A DNA stretch of 60,857 bases, the filler included, from an uncultured bacterium (GTDB taxonomy: Bacteria > Hinthialibacterota > Hinthialibacteria > Hinthialibacterales > Hinthialibacteraceae), in the NCBI GenBank assembly GCA_964449065.1. It is 6 parts of 6 records of this genome, joined end to end, with 100 filler letters (N's around TTAATTAATTAA, not from the genome) between each part and the next. Parts side by side here need not be neighbours in the genome. Positions count along the whole stretch, not along the records: positions 40,979 to 50,871 come from CAYVAZ010000190.1; positions 50,972 to 60,857 come from CAYVAZ010000191.1; 4 more parts are not named here. The stretch is one strand, 5' to 3'. A model generated the notes under the pieces. The model ran no database searches and was not told where the DNA came from. It worked only from the letters and a program-made list of their open reading frames with translations. This document shows positions 49,166 through 59,030 of this stretch, in pieces. Both the position numbers and the translations under genes were made by a program. Numbering within the stretch: position 1 is the stretch's first letter; each line of letters begins with the position of its first letter.

Positions 49166-49897
49166 TCACTCCATCGCGTAATCCACCGTCACAACGGCTG
49201 TGATTTTCTTATCAATAGACGACACATCATCCGATACCTCTTCCGATATGCTGCTCGAATCGCCCGACCGCACGCTAAACACGCCCTGCCGTGCCGCGCG
49301 CAATACCCCCAAATTCACCCCGCTGCCTTCCGCCAGGGTCTTGGCGCGCTCGCGCGCGTCTTTGGTGGCGTCAATCAGCAGTTGGCTTTTCAAGTCATTC
49401 ACGCCGGTATAATAATAGCGCGGCATATTCGCCTGCACATTAATCCCCTCGCCGATTAAATCCGATATTTCTGTTGAGATGGATTGGAGGTTATACACAT
49501 CGCCGGATTTCACCTCAATATTCTGCGTGATCTCATACGCCTCAATCTCACTGGTTTCCCGGCCCGTATCCGTCCGCTTCATCTGTTGATACACATACAC
49601 CGATTGCATATTGATTTCATCGTCGGTCACCCCTTTTTCGATCAGATATTCTTTCACTCTTTTGCGGTGGTTAGCCAACTCATCATACGCATCCGCCCGC
49701 ACTGCCTGCCGGGTTGTGATCGTGATATTCCAAATTGCCAGGTCGGATTCCACCTGCGTTTCTGAATACCCCCGCACTTTAATGATCTGATTTGCCAGTT
49801 TGATATCCCGCAGCGTATCCGTCACCAAATACGCCGAGATCACAATCGCCAACCCCAAGAACAACCCAAACCAGATCAACCCTTTGCCGTTTTGCAT
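49166..49897 (-). CDS. SIMPL (DUF541) domain protein
   Basis: N-terminal TM, IKVRGYSE..V.SDLA.W, ATKDARERAKTLA, A.QGVF, IDKKI.AVVTVDY. Confidence 0.88.
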   Translation of the reverse strand: MQNGKGLIWFGLFLGLAIVISAYLVTDTLRDIKLANQIIKVRGYSETQVESDLAIWNITITTRQAVRADAYDELANHRKRVKEYLIEKGVTDDEINMQSVYVYQQMKRTDTGRETSEIEAYEITQNIEVKSGDVYNLQSISTEISDLIGEGINVQANMPRYYYTGVNDLKSQLLIDATKDARERAKTLAEGSGVNLGVLRAARQGVFSVRSGDSSSISEEVSDDVSSIDKKITAVVTVDYAME

Positions 49898-49912
49898 GAT
49901 GTACTCTTCTTT

Positions 49913-50071
49913 CTATTTGATAATTAAATATTCTTTTAAAGTTATCCTAAGCGTCTCCAACAGTTCCTCTTTCGTTGGTTCCTGGCAATTCACTCCAGGG
50001 ATTTCTTCAATCCAACCGATCCACCATCTGTCTTTCTGCTGAATCAATGTGGTATACGTTGACGAATTCAT
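49913..50071 (-). pseudogene. Short or truncated HicB-like antitoxin (52 aa; below the ORF track cutoff)
   Basis: MNSSTYTTLIQQKDRWWIGWIEEIPGVNCQEPTKEELLETLRITLKE; no hicA seen. Confidence 0.75.
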
Positions 50072-50098
50072 GAACATCGCTCCATTTTATAGTTTGAT

Positions 50099-50407
50099 TT
50101 AGTCCAACCTTGATTTCAATCTGTTCACCCAATTCATCCGCTCATGCAGCACCGCGATGATTACCGGTATATTATGCTCATTATGTTTAAAGAAAATATA
50201 ATGATGTTCGCACTTTAATGACTTCAATCCTTCGCGAATGGAATCGAAAGTTTTCCACAACGCTTTATCCCGGTGAATCTTTGAGCATGATTCTTCTAGC
50301 AAATCAAGATAACGATTGGCTTGGTTTTGCCCCCATTTTTTATAGGTATAATGCCAAATCTCGTCAAAATCTCTCTCGGCTGCGGGTGTTAGAATATATG
50401 GTTTCAT
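50099..50407 (-). CDS. parE: ParE/RelE-family toxin
   Basis: YILTPAAERDFDEIWHYT..KWG..QA..Y...HHYIFF....IIAVLHERM. Confidence 0.9.
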   Translation of the reverse strand: MKPYILTPAAERDFDEIWHYTYKKWGQNQANRYLDLLEESCSKIHRDKALWKTFDSIREGLKSLKCEHHYIFFKHNEHNIPVIIAVLHERMNWVNRLKSRLD

Positions 50408-50676
50408 TGGTTAGATGCGTATTTTACTTGGGCTTCTTCTTTGATTTGTTGAATTGTTTTGTTGGAATATTCTTTTCTCTCGGCTTCCTCGATCCGCGGC
50501 CGCAAAAATTTCGCCAATTCCTGCATGGCTTCTTCTTCGTCTGGAGTTAATCTTTCTTGTTGAGGTTGAAGTGTGGATTCCAATATATACTCTTCTACAC
50601 TCAGCCGGTGAAATTCCGCCATTGCTTTCAATTGATCATGCTGTTCGGATGTGATTTCTAGCGTTACCTTAGGCAT
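50404..50676 (-). CDS. RHH-type antitoxin of the ParE toxin
   Basis: MPKVTLEITSEQHDQLKAMA....SVEEYILE; stop overlaps the toxin start. Confidence 0.75.
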   Translation of the reverse strand: MPKVTLEITSEQHDQLKAMAEFHRLSVEEYILESTLQPQQERLTPDEEEAMQELAKFLRPRIEEAERKEYSNKTIQQIKEEAQVKYASNQ

Positions 50677-50871
50677 AATGGGCCTCTTCATCGATTATTT
50701 TTGGTATAATAGTACCATCATTGCTGGATGGTGACAATTCAAATTAAAAAAATGTATTTTGAATGCAATCCATGAATTGGTACATCCACTTCCATTTTCC
50801 AGCCTGATTTTTATGATGATGAAAATGATTACATCGAATTTAAAATACATTAGATAAATACGATTGGGAGA

Positions 50872-50971
50872 NNNNNNNNNNNNNNNNNNNNNNNNNNNNN
50901 NNNNNNNNNNNNNNNTTAATTAATTAANNNNNNNNNNNNNNNNNNNNNNNNNNNNNNNNNNNNNNNNNNNN
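50872..50971. other. Artificial contig spacer
   Basis: N run with TTAATTAATTAA. Confidence 0.97.
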
Positions 50972-51193
50972 CACGAGTTGAGCACCCTGGACCCGAAGCG
51001 ACGACTCGGATTCCTTCGATCGATCAGATCTCCAGGCGAGCAGGTACAGCACGGCGAACAGCAACGGGCTCAAGGCGAGTGCAAGGAGCATGTCCATGCC
51101 CAGCAGCATCGACAACAACCCTGGATAAATGCTCGCCAAAAGCGACCCGAGACAACCCGTCAGGAATACCGTCCCCAGGATTCGGGCAACCAT
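50972..51193 (-). CDS. Partial small membrane protein (high-GC chimeric segment)
   Basis: GGAGGAG RBS, two hydrophobic helices, runs off the contig end. Confidence 0.5.
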
Positions 51194-51215
51194 CGTCTCC
51201 TCCCGATGGACGCGA

Positions 51216-51555
51216 TCATCCCCCGTACGCTCCGTACTGCTTCAAGCCTCGCTTATATAACCACCGGCAGAGCACCAGGAAGAACCCCACCCAGAACACT
51301 TCCAGCGCCAGGCCCATCACCAGGTCCCAGCCCTTCACCTTCTCCAGGAAGATGACCGCCGGGAAGTACGCCATGTACTGAAACGGCAAGAGCTTCAACA
51401 GCCCCGCCCAGAAGGGCGGCAGGAAGTCGAGCGGTAGCATCTGGCCGGAGATGAAGAAGTTCAGCGTCATCACGATCCAGAGGATCGATGTGATCTCCAG
51501 GAACCTGAACCCCACCATCCCCACGCTCGCCTCGAAGAAGAAGCCGATGAACCAG
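51216..51555 (-). CDS. C-terminal fragment of an ABC-2-type permease
   Basis: FISGQMLPLDFLP..W..LL.LLPF.Y..YFP..IFL...RGLKQYGAYGG. Confidence 0.8.
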
Positions 51556-51770
51556 AGCACGAGCCCCGCGACGCGCACGCGCCGGCCTTGCGGGCACCGG
51601 TCTTCGCTGCGCAGATTGGAGGCCCCGATCACGCGGCGCTCGCGCAGGTCGTCGCGCAGGAAGGCGATGGGGTCGTCCTTGAGTGAGAGCCCCGTCGACG
51701 CGTAGTCGTGGAGCGTGCGCACGGGCGCGGGGATGCGCGATCCGTCCTGGTCGGCCTGCAGCAGGTCGTT
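51556..51770 (-). CDS. Internal fragment of an error-prone DNA polymerase DnaE2-like gene
   Basis: DYASTGLSLKDDPIAFLRDDL......GRRVRVAGLVL (start of the OB domain). Confidence 0.75.
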
Positions 51771-51965
51771 CCGGCGCTCGGGCGGGCTGACGATCCGCCG
51801 GCCGGACGGGCGGGGGCTGCCGTTCGCCGCGGACCCTCCCGCGGACCAAGAGCCGTCGGCGCGGCCGCTGCCGCCGCGCCGTCGCTCTGCGGCCGGGCCA
51901 GCGGAGTGCCCGGGCCAGAAGCCCGACAGCGCGCGCCGCAGGGCCTCGATCCGGGTCGCCTCGGC

Positions 51966-53529
51966 GATTTTGGCCAGTCCGGTGATGGCTTGCCAGGTAC
52001 CATAGATGTAGTTTACGCCCCAGCGGCCGTACCAGGAACCGTCTTTTTCTTGCTGGCCTGCCAAGTATTTGATTGCCCGTTCCGCCGGTGAAAAGGATTT
52101 GTCATAGCCCATATAGCCCAGCATTTCTAAGATGCGTCCGGTAATATCGGCACAGCTGGAATCGAGCAGGGCGTTGTGATCGGCGAAGGGAATGTTGTTG
52201 AGGATTTCTTTGTTGTTGTCCACATCAAACGCGCCCCAGCCTCCGTCCGAACTTTGCATGGAAAGCAGCCATTCCAGACCGCGTTTTAATACGATTTGCT
52301 GTTTTTTTGCGTCTGGGGTTTTGGCTCCATGTATCGCCATCAAAACCATTGCGGTGTCGTCGGTATCGGCGTAATAATCATTGTCAAACTCAAAGGCCCA
52401 TCCACTGGTAGGTCCATAGGGGTTTTTAATCTGCCAATCGCCGCGGATGGTGATTTCCTGCTTCATCAGCCATTCGGCCGCTTGGGCGACATGGGGATCA
52501 TCGGCAGCCATGCCGGAACGCTTCAGCGCCGCGGTTGCGATTGCGGTATCCCACACTGGAGAGAAGCAGGGTTGAAACCACAAGCGGTCTTCTTCTTCTA
52601 CCATTAGGTCCATAAATTCATCGACGGCGTTTTGATAGACCGGGTCGTCTTGTTTATAGCCGATGCAGTCCAACGCGATAATGGCGTTCATCATGGCGGG
52701 ATAGATCGCGCCCAACCCCCCGCCGCGGTTGATGTGTTCCAACATCCAGTGTTCGGCACGGCGCAGGGATTCCCGCCGGGTACACGGTGCAATGAACCGG
52801 TTGGAGTGGNNNNNNNNNNTAGATCGCTTCCATGGTGATGAAGAACGTGCGCCACGAGAAGGCATCCCGGAATCCGGTTCGCTGTTTGGAGCCGGGAAGC
52901 CACCAGGTGCTGCAATCGACATGTTGAGGAGGTGTTTTTACCGGCTGCATCGTCCAGATGATGCACATGGGGACCAAGATGGCGCGCGACCAGGATGAGA
53001 TTTCGTATATGTTAAAGTAAAACGAGATGGGCAAGAACATCAACTCCGGTGGTATCGCGACCAGTTTGTTCCAGGGGTATTGTCCGAATAGGCCCAAATA
53101 GAATCGTGTGTAACTGTTGACGGCGGCCAATCCACCCAATTCAAGAATCTTCTTTTCGGCTTTTTTAAGTGGTTCTTCGTCGCGGTTCATGCCGGCAAGT
53201 TGCAGGGCAAACGCGCATTTGACGGTAGCGTTCAGTTCGCTGGGGCCGCCGTGGTATATGCTCCAGCCGCCCTCTTCTAATTGGGTATCCAATATCCACC
53301 GAACGGCTTTTTGTTGTTTCACCGCATCCACTTGATTGATGTAATGCACCAAGAACAAATAGTCAGCAACAAGCGTACTGTCGGCCTCTAAAGGGAAATG
53401 CCAATATCCGGTGGATTTCTTGATCGTAAGAAAATAGTTATGCGACTGTTTTATAGCAGATTGAACTTTTGAGATGTCAAAAAAAGAAGGTGCGGCATCA
53501 CCATGCGCAGATGTGGATTCTAAGACCAT
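51966..53529 (-). CDS. shc: Squalene-hopene cyclase (10-N gap at 52810-52819; 3' end replaced by chimeric sequence)
   Basis: QW repeats (QLEEGGW, QSSDGGWGAFD, QEKDGSWYGRWGVNYIYGT), DTDDTA (DxDD), SSWSRA, QPCFSPVWDT. Confidence 0.93.
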
Positions 53530-53697
53530 GTTTTCCCCTTATACCCTCCGAATACCAAATGAAGTCGTTATATTGTTGTTGAATTTTTAACAGAGTCAAG
53601 TGAAGAAGATACAAACACTTAGTGCCATTTGTTTATTCAGTGTACCACAGGAAAGAATTTTTTTTAAAAAATGGTAGTTTTTCTTTGGATGCAGCGA

Positions 53698-53728
53698 GAA
53701 AAGAGGGGCGCTTTTAACCCCTCTTTTC
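53698..53728 (-). terminator. Intrinsic terminator after peroxiredoxin
   Basis: GAAAAGAGGGG...CCCCTCTTTTC hairpin. Confidence 0.7.
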
Positions 53729-53748
53729 ATGTGGGTTCACTCCAAGCA

Positions 53749-54312
53749 TTAAACTTCCAATAACTTATCGCCTTTTTTCCAGCCGCAGGGTTTGAGGCCT
53801 TCGGTTTGGAGAGCGTCTAAGACGCGCAGAACTTCATCGACACTGCGGCCGACATCCAAATCCGTGATGTAGATGAAGCGGATGTTTTGGTCGGGATCGA
53901 TGATGAAGGTGCCGCGGTAGGTTGCGCCTAAATCTTCTTTGAGAATGCCGTAATCCCTTGCGATGGATTTGGTGAAATCCGCGATTAAGGGAATCTTCAA
54001 GTCTTTCAATTCAGGATGGCTTGTGCACCAGCCAAGGTGAGAAAACTTGCTGTCGGTGCTGCCGCCGATGACCTGGCAGCCGCGTTCTTCAAACTCTTTG
54101 CTGCGGTCGCTGAACTGCACGATCTCTGTGGGGCAGACAAAGGTAAAATCCAGCGGGTAGAAAAACAGACATACCCATTTGCCTTTGTAATCACTCAATG
54201 AAATTTGTTTAAAATCTTTACCGTCCAAGGCATCGACTGTGAATGCCGGTGCCGGTTGACCGATTTGTACTTTGCAGCATTTGGATGAATCGCAACTTCC
54301 TTGTTCTGCCAT
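53749..54312 (-). CDS. ahpC: Peroxiredoxin (AhpC/Prx1)
   Basis: FYPLDFTFVCPTE, RGTFIIDP, GRSVDEVLR. Confidence 0.92.
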   Translation of the reverse strand: MAEQGSCDSSKCCKVQIGQPAPAFTVDALDGKDFKQISLSDYKGKWVCLFFYPLDFTFVCPTEIVQFSDRSKEFEERGCQVIGGSTDSKFSHLGWCTSHPELKDLKIPLIADFTKSIARDYGILKEDLGATYRGTFIIDPDQNIRFIYITDLDVGRSVDEVLRVLDALQTEGLKPCGWKKGDKLLEV

Positions 54313-54459
54313 AATACCTCTCCTTTGCATTTAATTTGTAGATGAATTGTCCATTTCAATTCTGCCGCGTATTTTTGCCTTACAAGCAGGAAAAACAAGT
54401 GCAGGTCAAAGCCTAACTTGACCGGACGGCTTGTTGCATGAATGGAGATAGACAACCGT

Positions 54460-55791
54460 TTATAGTCGGTACGGTTTCCGTTGCTCTCTGTCTAAATACG
54501 TGTTGGCTTCCGGGTCGTTGACGAACTGTTCCTTCTCCGCGTCCCACTCTAATTTCCGTCCGACATGCCCGCAGATATTGGCGATGTGGCAGACGGTGAC
54601 AGAACGGTGTCCGGTTTCGGCGTTGGAAATCGGCTGTTCGCGGGTTTTGACGCAATCCACCCAGTTTTGCATGTGGTTGTTGCTTTCATAAAGGCGGATA
54701 TCGCTGGAACGCAGCGGTTCGTTAAAGAGATCCTCCGGATCGGAGGATTTTTTTCCACGGGTGCACCAGATGCTGCCTTTGGTTCCTTTGAATGTGACGC
54801 CGCCTTTGAGGCCGTTGCCGAATTTGACAAGGACGCCGTTCGGGTAGGTAAAGGTAAAATTAAATCCGGTAAAGGTGGTATAAAAGCCGGGTTTGGTTTC
54901 GGCTTTGCCTTCGACAAAACGCGGGCCGGAGCGGTCCATCCCTAGACCCCATTGGGTAATGTCTAAATGGTGGGCGCCCCAATCGGTAACCATGCCGCCG
55001 GAGTAATCGAAAAACCAACGGAAGGTGACATGACAGCGCAATGGGTTGTAGGGATTGTAAGGAGCCGGTCCAAGCCACTTTAGCCAGTTCAGTCCAGGCG
55101 GCACCGGTTCGTTGGGAACGCGTTCGGTTTGCGGGGCGCCGCCGATGCCGACTTCGACTTCTTTGACTTCACCGATGCGGCCGTTGCGAACATATTCACA
55201 GGCGGTTAAAAACTCATTGGCGGAACGCTGCTGTGTTCCGGTTTGAAAAATGCGTCCGGTCTCGCTCGCGGTATCGGCGATGGCGCGGCCTTGCTTGATG
55301 GTGAGGGACAATGGCTTTTCACCGTAGACATCTTTTCCGGCTTGCATTGCGTCTATGTAGAGTTTCGCGTGCCAATGATCCGGGACGGCGATGATCACCG
55401 CGTCAATGTCTTTGCGTTCCAACATGCGTTCATAATCGGCATATGCTTCCACCGCTTTTTCGGGCATGGAGACACGTTTCATTTGGCTGCCGCCGCCTTC
55501 AATCCACTTGCGGTCAACGCCTTCATGTCCGTCTAAAAACCCCTGCGCGTGAAGCAGATAGGGACGGTCTACATCAGCCAGAGCGGCGATTTGAATGTTG
55601 GGATTGCGGTAGGCTTGTTCCATGAGTTGAAAGCCGCGCCATCCCAGACCAATCATTCCGATGTTTAACTTCTCACTGGGTGCCTCTTGCCCTAATACAT
55701 AACTGGGGATGATCGAGGGAGCGGCAAAAGCACCGGCTATCACTGTGGATTGCTTGAAAAATTGTCTGCGGTTCACTTGTATCGGATTCAT
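54460..55791 (-). CDS. Tat-exported Gfo/Idh/MocA oxidoreductase
   Basis: NRRQFFK, IGLG.RG, PDHWH, EKPL, GTQQRS, DWGAHHLD. Confidence 0.93.
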   Translation of the reverse strand: MNPIQVNRRQFFKQSTVIAGAFAAPSIIPSYVLGQEAPSEKLNIGMIGLGWRGFQLMEQAYRNPNIQIAALADVDRPYLLHAQGFLDGHEGVDRKWIEGGGSQMKRVSMPEKAVEAYADYERMLERKDIDAVIIAVPDHWHAKLYIDAMQAGKDVYGEKPLSLTIKQGRAIADTASETGRIFQTGTQQRSANEFLTACEYVRNGRIGEVKEVEVGIGGAPQTERVPNEPVPPGLNWLKWLGPAPYNPYNPLRCHVTFRWFFDYSGGMVTDWGAHHLDITQWGLGMDRSGPRFVEGKAETKPGFYTTFTGFNFTFTYPNGVLVKFGNGLKGGVTFKGTKGSIWCTRGKKSSDPEDLFNEPLRSSDIRLYESNNHMQNWVDCVKTREQPISNAETGHRSVTVCHIANICGHVGRKLEWDAEKEQFVNDPEANTYLDREQRKPYRL

Positions 55792-55963
55792 AACAACATA
55801 CCTCTTTACTTTTTTTCGAAATTGAAACGGATAACATAACGTTACACTGTCATTGAACTCTTTATATAGGTTTCCGTAAAGGTATTATGTCCCAATTTAC
55901 AGAAAAATCAGTATGTTCTGTTTCCAGCTGTTATGATTTCGTTACAAGAATGATGCGGCTGTG

Positions 55964-55992
55964 TTGACAAACGCATTGCGACTGGATATCAT
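55964..55992 (+). promoter_or_regulatory. Sigma70 promoter of the secE-nusG operon
   Basis: TTGACA-17 nt-TATCAT. Confidence 0.7.
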
Positions 55993-56080
55993 TTACCGCT
56001 GTCCCCGACTCTGTTGGGGGCTTTTCATTTTAGACAGGATTTAAAATTACAGAAAGCACAAAAAAATTACGGTTGGGATC

Positions 56081-56320
56081 ATGGGTGAAAGTTTACTGAA
56101 ACGTACGATCGAAGCTCTTCGGGGTTCAAAGTTTGTCGAAACAAAAGTGGGAGAATTCTTTTTCGGCGTTTTAACGGAATTGGATACTGTTACCTGGCCG
56201 ACAAAACAAGAAGTGTACAATTCCACGGTTGTTGTTTTGGTGGCCGTAACATTCTTTTCACTCTACAGCGCATTGTGGGAAGTGATTATGAGCATGGTAA
56301 AAAATTATATGTTTAACTAA
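56081..56320 (+). CDS. secE: Preprotein translocase subunit SecE
   Basis: EL..VTWPTKQE...ST.VV plus TM helix; upstream of nusG. Confidence 0.92.
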   Translation: MGESLLKRTIEALRGSKFVETKVGEFFFGVLTELDTVTWPTKQEVYNSTVVVLVAVTFFSLYSALWEVIMSMVKNYMFN

Positions 56321-56389
56321 TGCGAGTTGCTTAAATCAAAACATGCACAATATTTTAAATTAGTTATAGAGAGATGCAGGTTGTACGGA

Positions 56390-56932
56390 ATGGCAAAAAA
56401 CTGGTACGTTGTTCATACCCAAGCGAGTTTGGAAAATAAGGTGAAGGAAAGCATTGAATCCGCTGTCCGCGCCGAAGGTATGGATGACCGTATCTCTCAG
56501 GTGTTGATTCCTACGGAAGAAGTGGTAGAAATACGGGATGGAAAACGATCGGTTTCAACCCAAAAAATGTTTCCGAACTATGTCATCGTTGAGATGGATT
56601 ATGACGATGAAACCTGGGCGTTTATTAAAGACATTCCCGGTGTGACGGGGTTTGTCGGTCCGGGAAAGAAACCGGTTCCATTGTCGGATGAGGAAGTACA
56701 GAATATTCAAACTCATCTGGATAGCACGGACGAAAAGCCGCGTCCGAAAATTATGTTTGAAACCGGCGAAACGGTGAAAGTTATTGATGGTCCCTTTTTC
56801 AACTTTACCGGATATGTTGCGGAAATTAACGAAGAACGAGGCCGGTTGAAAGTGATGGTGGATATTCTCGGACGGTCCACGCCGGTGGAATTGGATTTTT
56901 TGCAGGTGGAAAAGGCAACGGAAGAATCGTAA
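56390..56932 (+). CDS. nusG: Transcription termination/antitermination factor NusG
   Basis: WYVVHT, FP.YV.VEM, PGVTGFVG, KOW GPF..F.G, GRSTPVELDF. Confidence 0.97.
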   Translation: MAKNWYVVHTQASLENKVKESIESAVRAEGMDDRISQVLIPTEEVVEIRDGKRSVSTQKMFPNYVIVEMDYDDETWAFIKDIPGVTGFVGPGKKPVPLSDEEVQNIQTHLDSTDEKPRPKIMFETGETVKVIDGPFFNFTGYVAEINEERGRLKVMVDILGRSTPVELDFLQVEKATEES

Positions 56933-56985
56933 TCAATTGATAGAGACGTAACAGAAATCACCGAAGTGGAGACAGGAATAGAACA

Positions 56986-57417
56986 ATGCCGCCAAAAAAA
57001 GAGACCGCACAAATTAAATTGCAGGTTCCCGCCGGACAAGCCAATCCGGCTCCTCCTGTTGGCCCGGCGCTGGGGCAGCATGGGATCAATATCATGGATT
57101 TCTGCAATCAGTTTAACGAGAAAACCAAAGAACAAGCCGGTATGATCATTCCCGTCATCATCTCGGTATTTAGCGACCGGTCGTTTACGTTTATCACCAA
57201 AACCCCGCCCGCGCCCGTCTTGTTAAAAAAAGCGGCGAACATTGACCGCGCCTCCGGCGTGCCGAACCGGGAAATCAAAGGCAAGGTTACCCGGGAGCAA
57301 GTAGAAGAAATCGCCAAAATCAAATTGCAAGACTTAAATGCCAACGATATAGAAAACGCGTCGCGAATGATCGCCGGTACAGCGCGTTCTATGGGAATCG
57401 AGGTGGTAGAAACATGA
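56986..57417 (+). CDS. rplK: 50S ribosomal protein L11
   Basis: [32 protein letters not shown]. Confidence 0.98.
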   Translation: MPPKKETAQIKLQVPAGQANPAPPVGPALGQHGINIMDFCNQFNEKTKEQAGMIIPVIISVFSDRSFTFITKTPPAPVLLKKAANIDRASGVPNREIKGKVTREQVEEIAKIKLQDLNANDIENASRMIAGTARSMGIEVVET

Positions 57418-58130
57418 GTATTCACGGAAAACGGTACAAAAACATTGCCGAAACAATCGACCGCACCAAAGAATATCCGTTGGGTGAGGCGATTGAATTG
57501 GTCAAGAAAAACGCGAGCGCTAAGTTTGATGAAACCATCGAACTTCATATGAATATGGGATTGGATGTAAAAAAACCCGAACAACAACTGCGTGGAACCG
57601 TTTCGCTGCCGCATGGCACAGGAAAGACCGTGCGGGTTGCGGTATTTGCGGAAGGCGACAAAGCCAAAGAAGCGGAAGACGCCGGCGCGGATGTTGTGGG
57701 CAGCGATGACCTGGCCAAAAAAATCAGCGAGGGATTTTTGGACTTTGATATCGCGATTGCGGCGCCTGATATGATGCGCAATGTCGGAAAATTGGGTAAG
57801 GTTCTCGGGCCGCGCGGGTTGATGCCAAACCCCAAAACCGGAACCGTCACCAACGACATCGCCAAAGCGGTGGAAGAATTTAAAGCCGGTAAATTGGAAT
57901 ACCGCACCGATAAAGGCGCCGGAATCCACATGCCGGTCGGCAAGGCTTCATTTGATCAAGCCAAGTTGAAAGACAATATCATGAAATTGATTGATACGAT
58001 TCAACGCGCGAAACCCTCTGCCGCCAAAGGGAAATACATTTTATCTATTTATTTAAGTTCTACGATGGGAACAGGAATCCGCATTGATGTCAACTCTTTG
58101 CGTGAAGAATCCGCGCAGAAAGCCGCCTAA
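57414..58130 (+). CDS. rplA: 50S ribosomal protein L1
   Basis: [29 protein letters not shown]. Confidence 0.98.
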   Translation: MSIHGKRYKNIAETIDRTKEYPLGEAIELVKKNASAKFDETIELHMNMGLDVKKPEQQLRGTVSLPHGTGKTVRVAVFAEGDKAKEAEDAGADVVGSDDLAKKISEGFLDFDIAIAAPDMMRNVGKLGKVLGPRGLMPNPKTGTVTNDIAKAVEEFKAGKLEYRTDKGAGIHMPVGKASFDQAKLKDNIMKLIDTIQRAKPSAAKGKYILSIYLSSTMGTGIRIDVNSLREESAQKAA

Positions 58131-58175
58131 CTCTCTGGAGAATGGTATCGAGTAAAGAGCATCAAAAATAGAACG

Positions 58176-58310
58176 CAATCGATTGAAGACAGCCGGTACC
58201 TGTTTTTAGGGTAAATCCTGCCGAGATTGATGCCGAATCAACAAGCCGCGGTCGCGGTTTGCTTTTAGTTGATTACATAACGGCTCACTCTCGCGGGTGG
58301 GCCGTTTTTT
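58176..58310 (+). ncRNA. Ribosomal protein L10 leader with attenuator-like hairpin
   Basis: GAAGACAGCCGGT....TAAATCCTGCCGAG core closed by CAATC/GATTG, then AACGGCTCAC...GTGGGCCGTTTTTT. Confidence 0.7.
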
Positions 58311-58327
58311 ATTGGAGCCGCACGAAT

Positions 58328-59008
58328 ATGACAATGGTCGATGAAAAAATTGTTTATTTAGTCCGGCATGGGCAAACCGAATTCAACAAGCATAAACGCT
58401 TGCAGGGTTGGAAGGATTCCCCCTTGTCGGATGAAGGGAAAGAGCATTCCCGGATAATGGGAGATGCGCTGAAGCGCTTCACCTTCTCGCAGGTGTGGGT
58501 CAGCCCGTTGGGACGCGCCCGGCAAACCGCTGATATTATGCGGGAATCCATGGGCTTTGAGTATGATGTGACGGACGATTTGCGCGAAGTCTCGTTCGGC
58601 GATTGGGAAGGATTTACGTTACCGGAGATCGATGAGAAATATCCCGGTCAGTGGGATTCCCGCCAGAACGACAAATGGAACTATCGGCCTCCCGGTGGCG
58701 AATCGAATAAAAACGCGGTTGCGCGTGCCATTCGCATAAAAAACCGCATTGAAGAAACAGTCAGGAAACATCCGGTTTTGATCATCGCGCATTTCGCGAT
58801 CAACCGGCTGATCATTTCGCAGTGTATCGGGTTGCAGCCGGAGGAAGTAATGCGGATGAATGTGCCGCACACCATTCTCTACCGCTTGCGGTATGAACGC
58901 GACGAATGGCGGGTGGCATGGCAAATGGCGGATCAGCTGCAAGAGGGTTTTCAAGAAGGTTGGCTGCCGCAGTATCAATCGGAGAATCAATTGATTCCAA
59001 AATATTAA
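58328..59008 (+). CDS. Histidine phosphatase (phosphoglycerate mutase family)
   Basis: LVRHGQT, SPLGRARQTA, LRE..FGDWEG, PGGES, IIAH. Confidence 0.93.
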   Translation: MTMVDEKIVYLVRHGQTEFNKHKRLQGWKDSPLSDEGKEHSRIMGDALKRFTFSQVWVSPLGRARQTADIMRESMGFEYDVTDDLREVSFGDWEGFTLPEIDEKYPGQWDSRQNDKWNYRPPGGESNKNAVARAIRIKNRIEETVRKHPVLIIAHFAINRLIISQCIGLQPEEVMRMNVPHTILYRLRYERDEWRVAWQMADQLQEGFQEGWLPQYQSENQLIPKY

Positions 59009-59030
59009 GCTGAAAAAAGATTGGAGGTGA

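Noticed and set aside
10226..50971. Recurrent TTAATTAATTAA motif and gene neighbourhoods across it
   Set aside because: Artificial spacer within N runs; contigs are size-sorted, so cross-spacer adjacency is not biological.
51216..52922. 568-aa cyclase-polymerase-permease fusion protein
   Set aside because: Abrupt composition shifts and partial domains indicate a chimera; the ORF also crosses an N gap.
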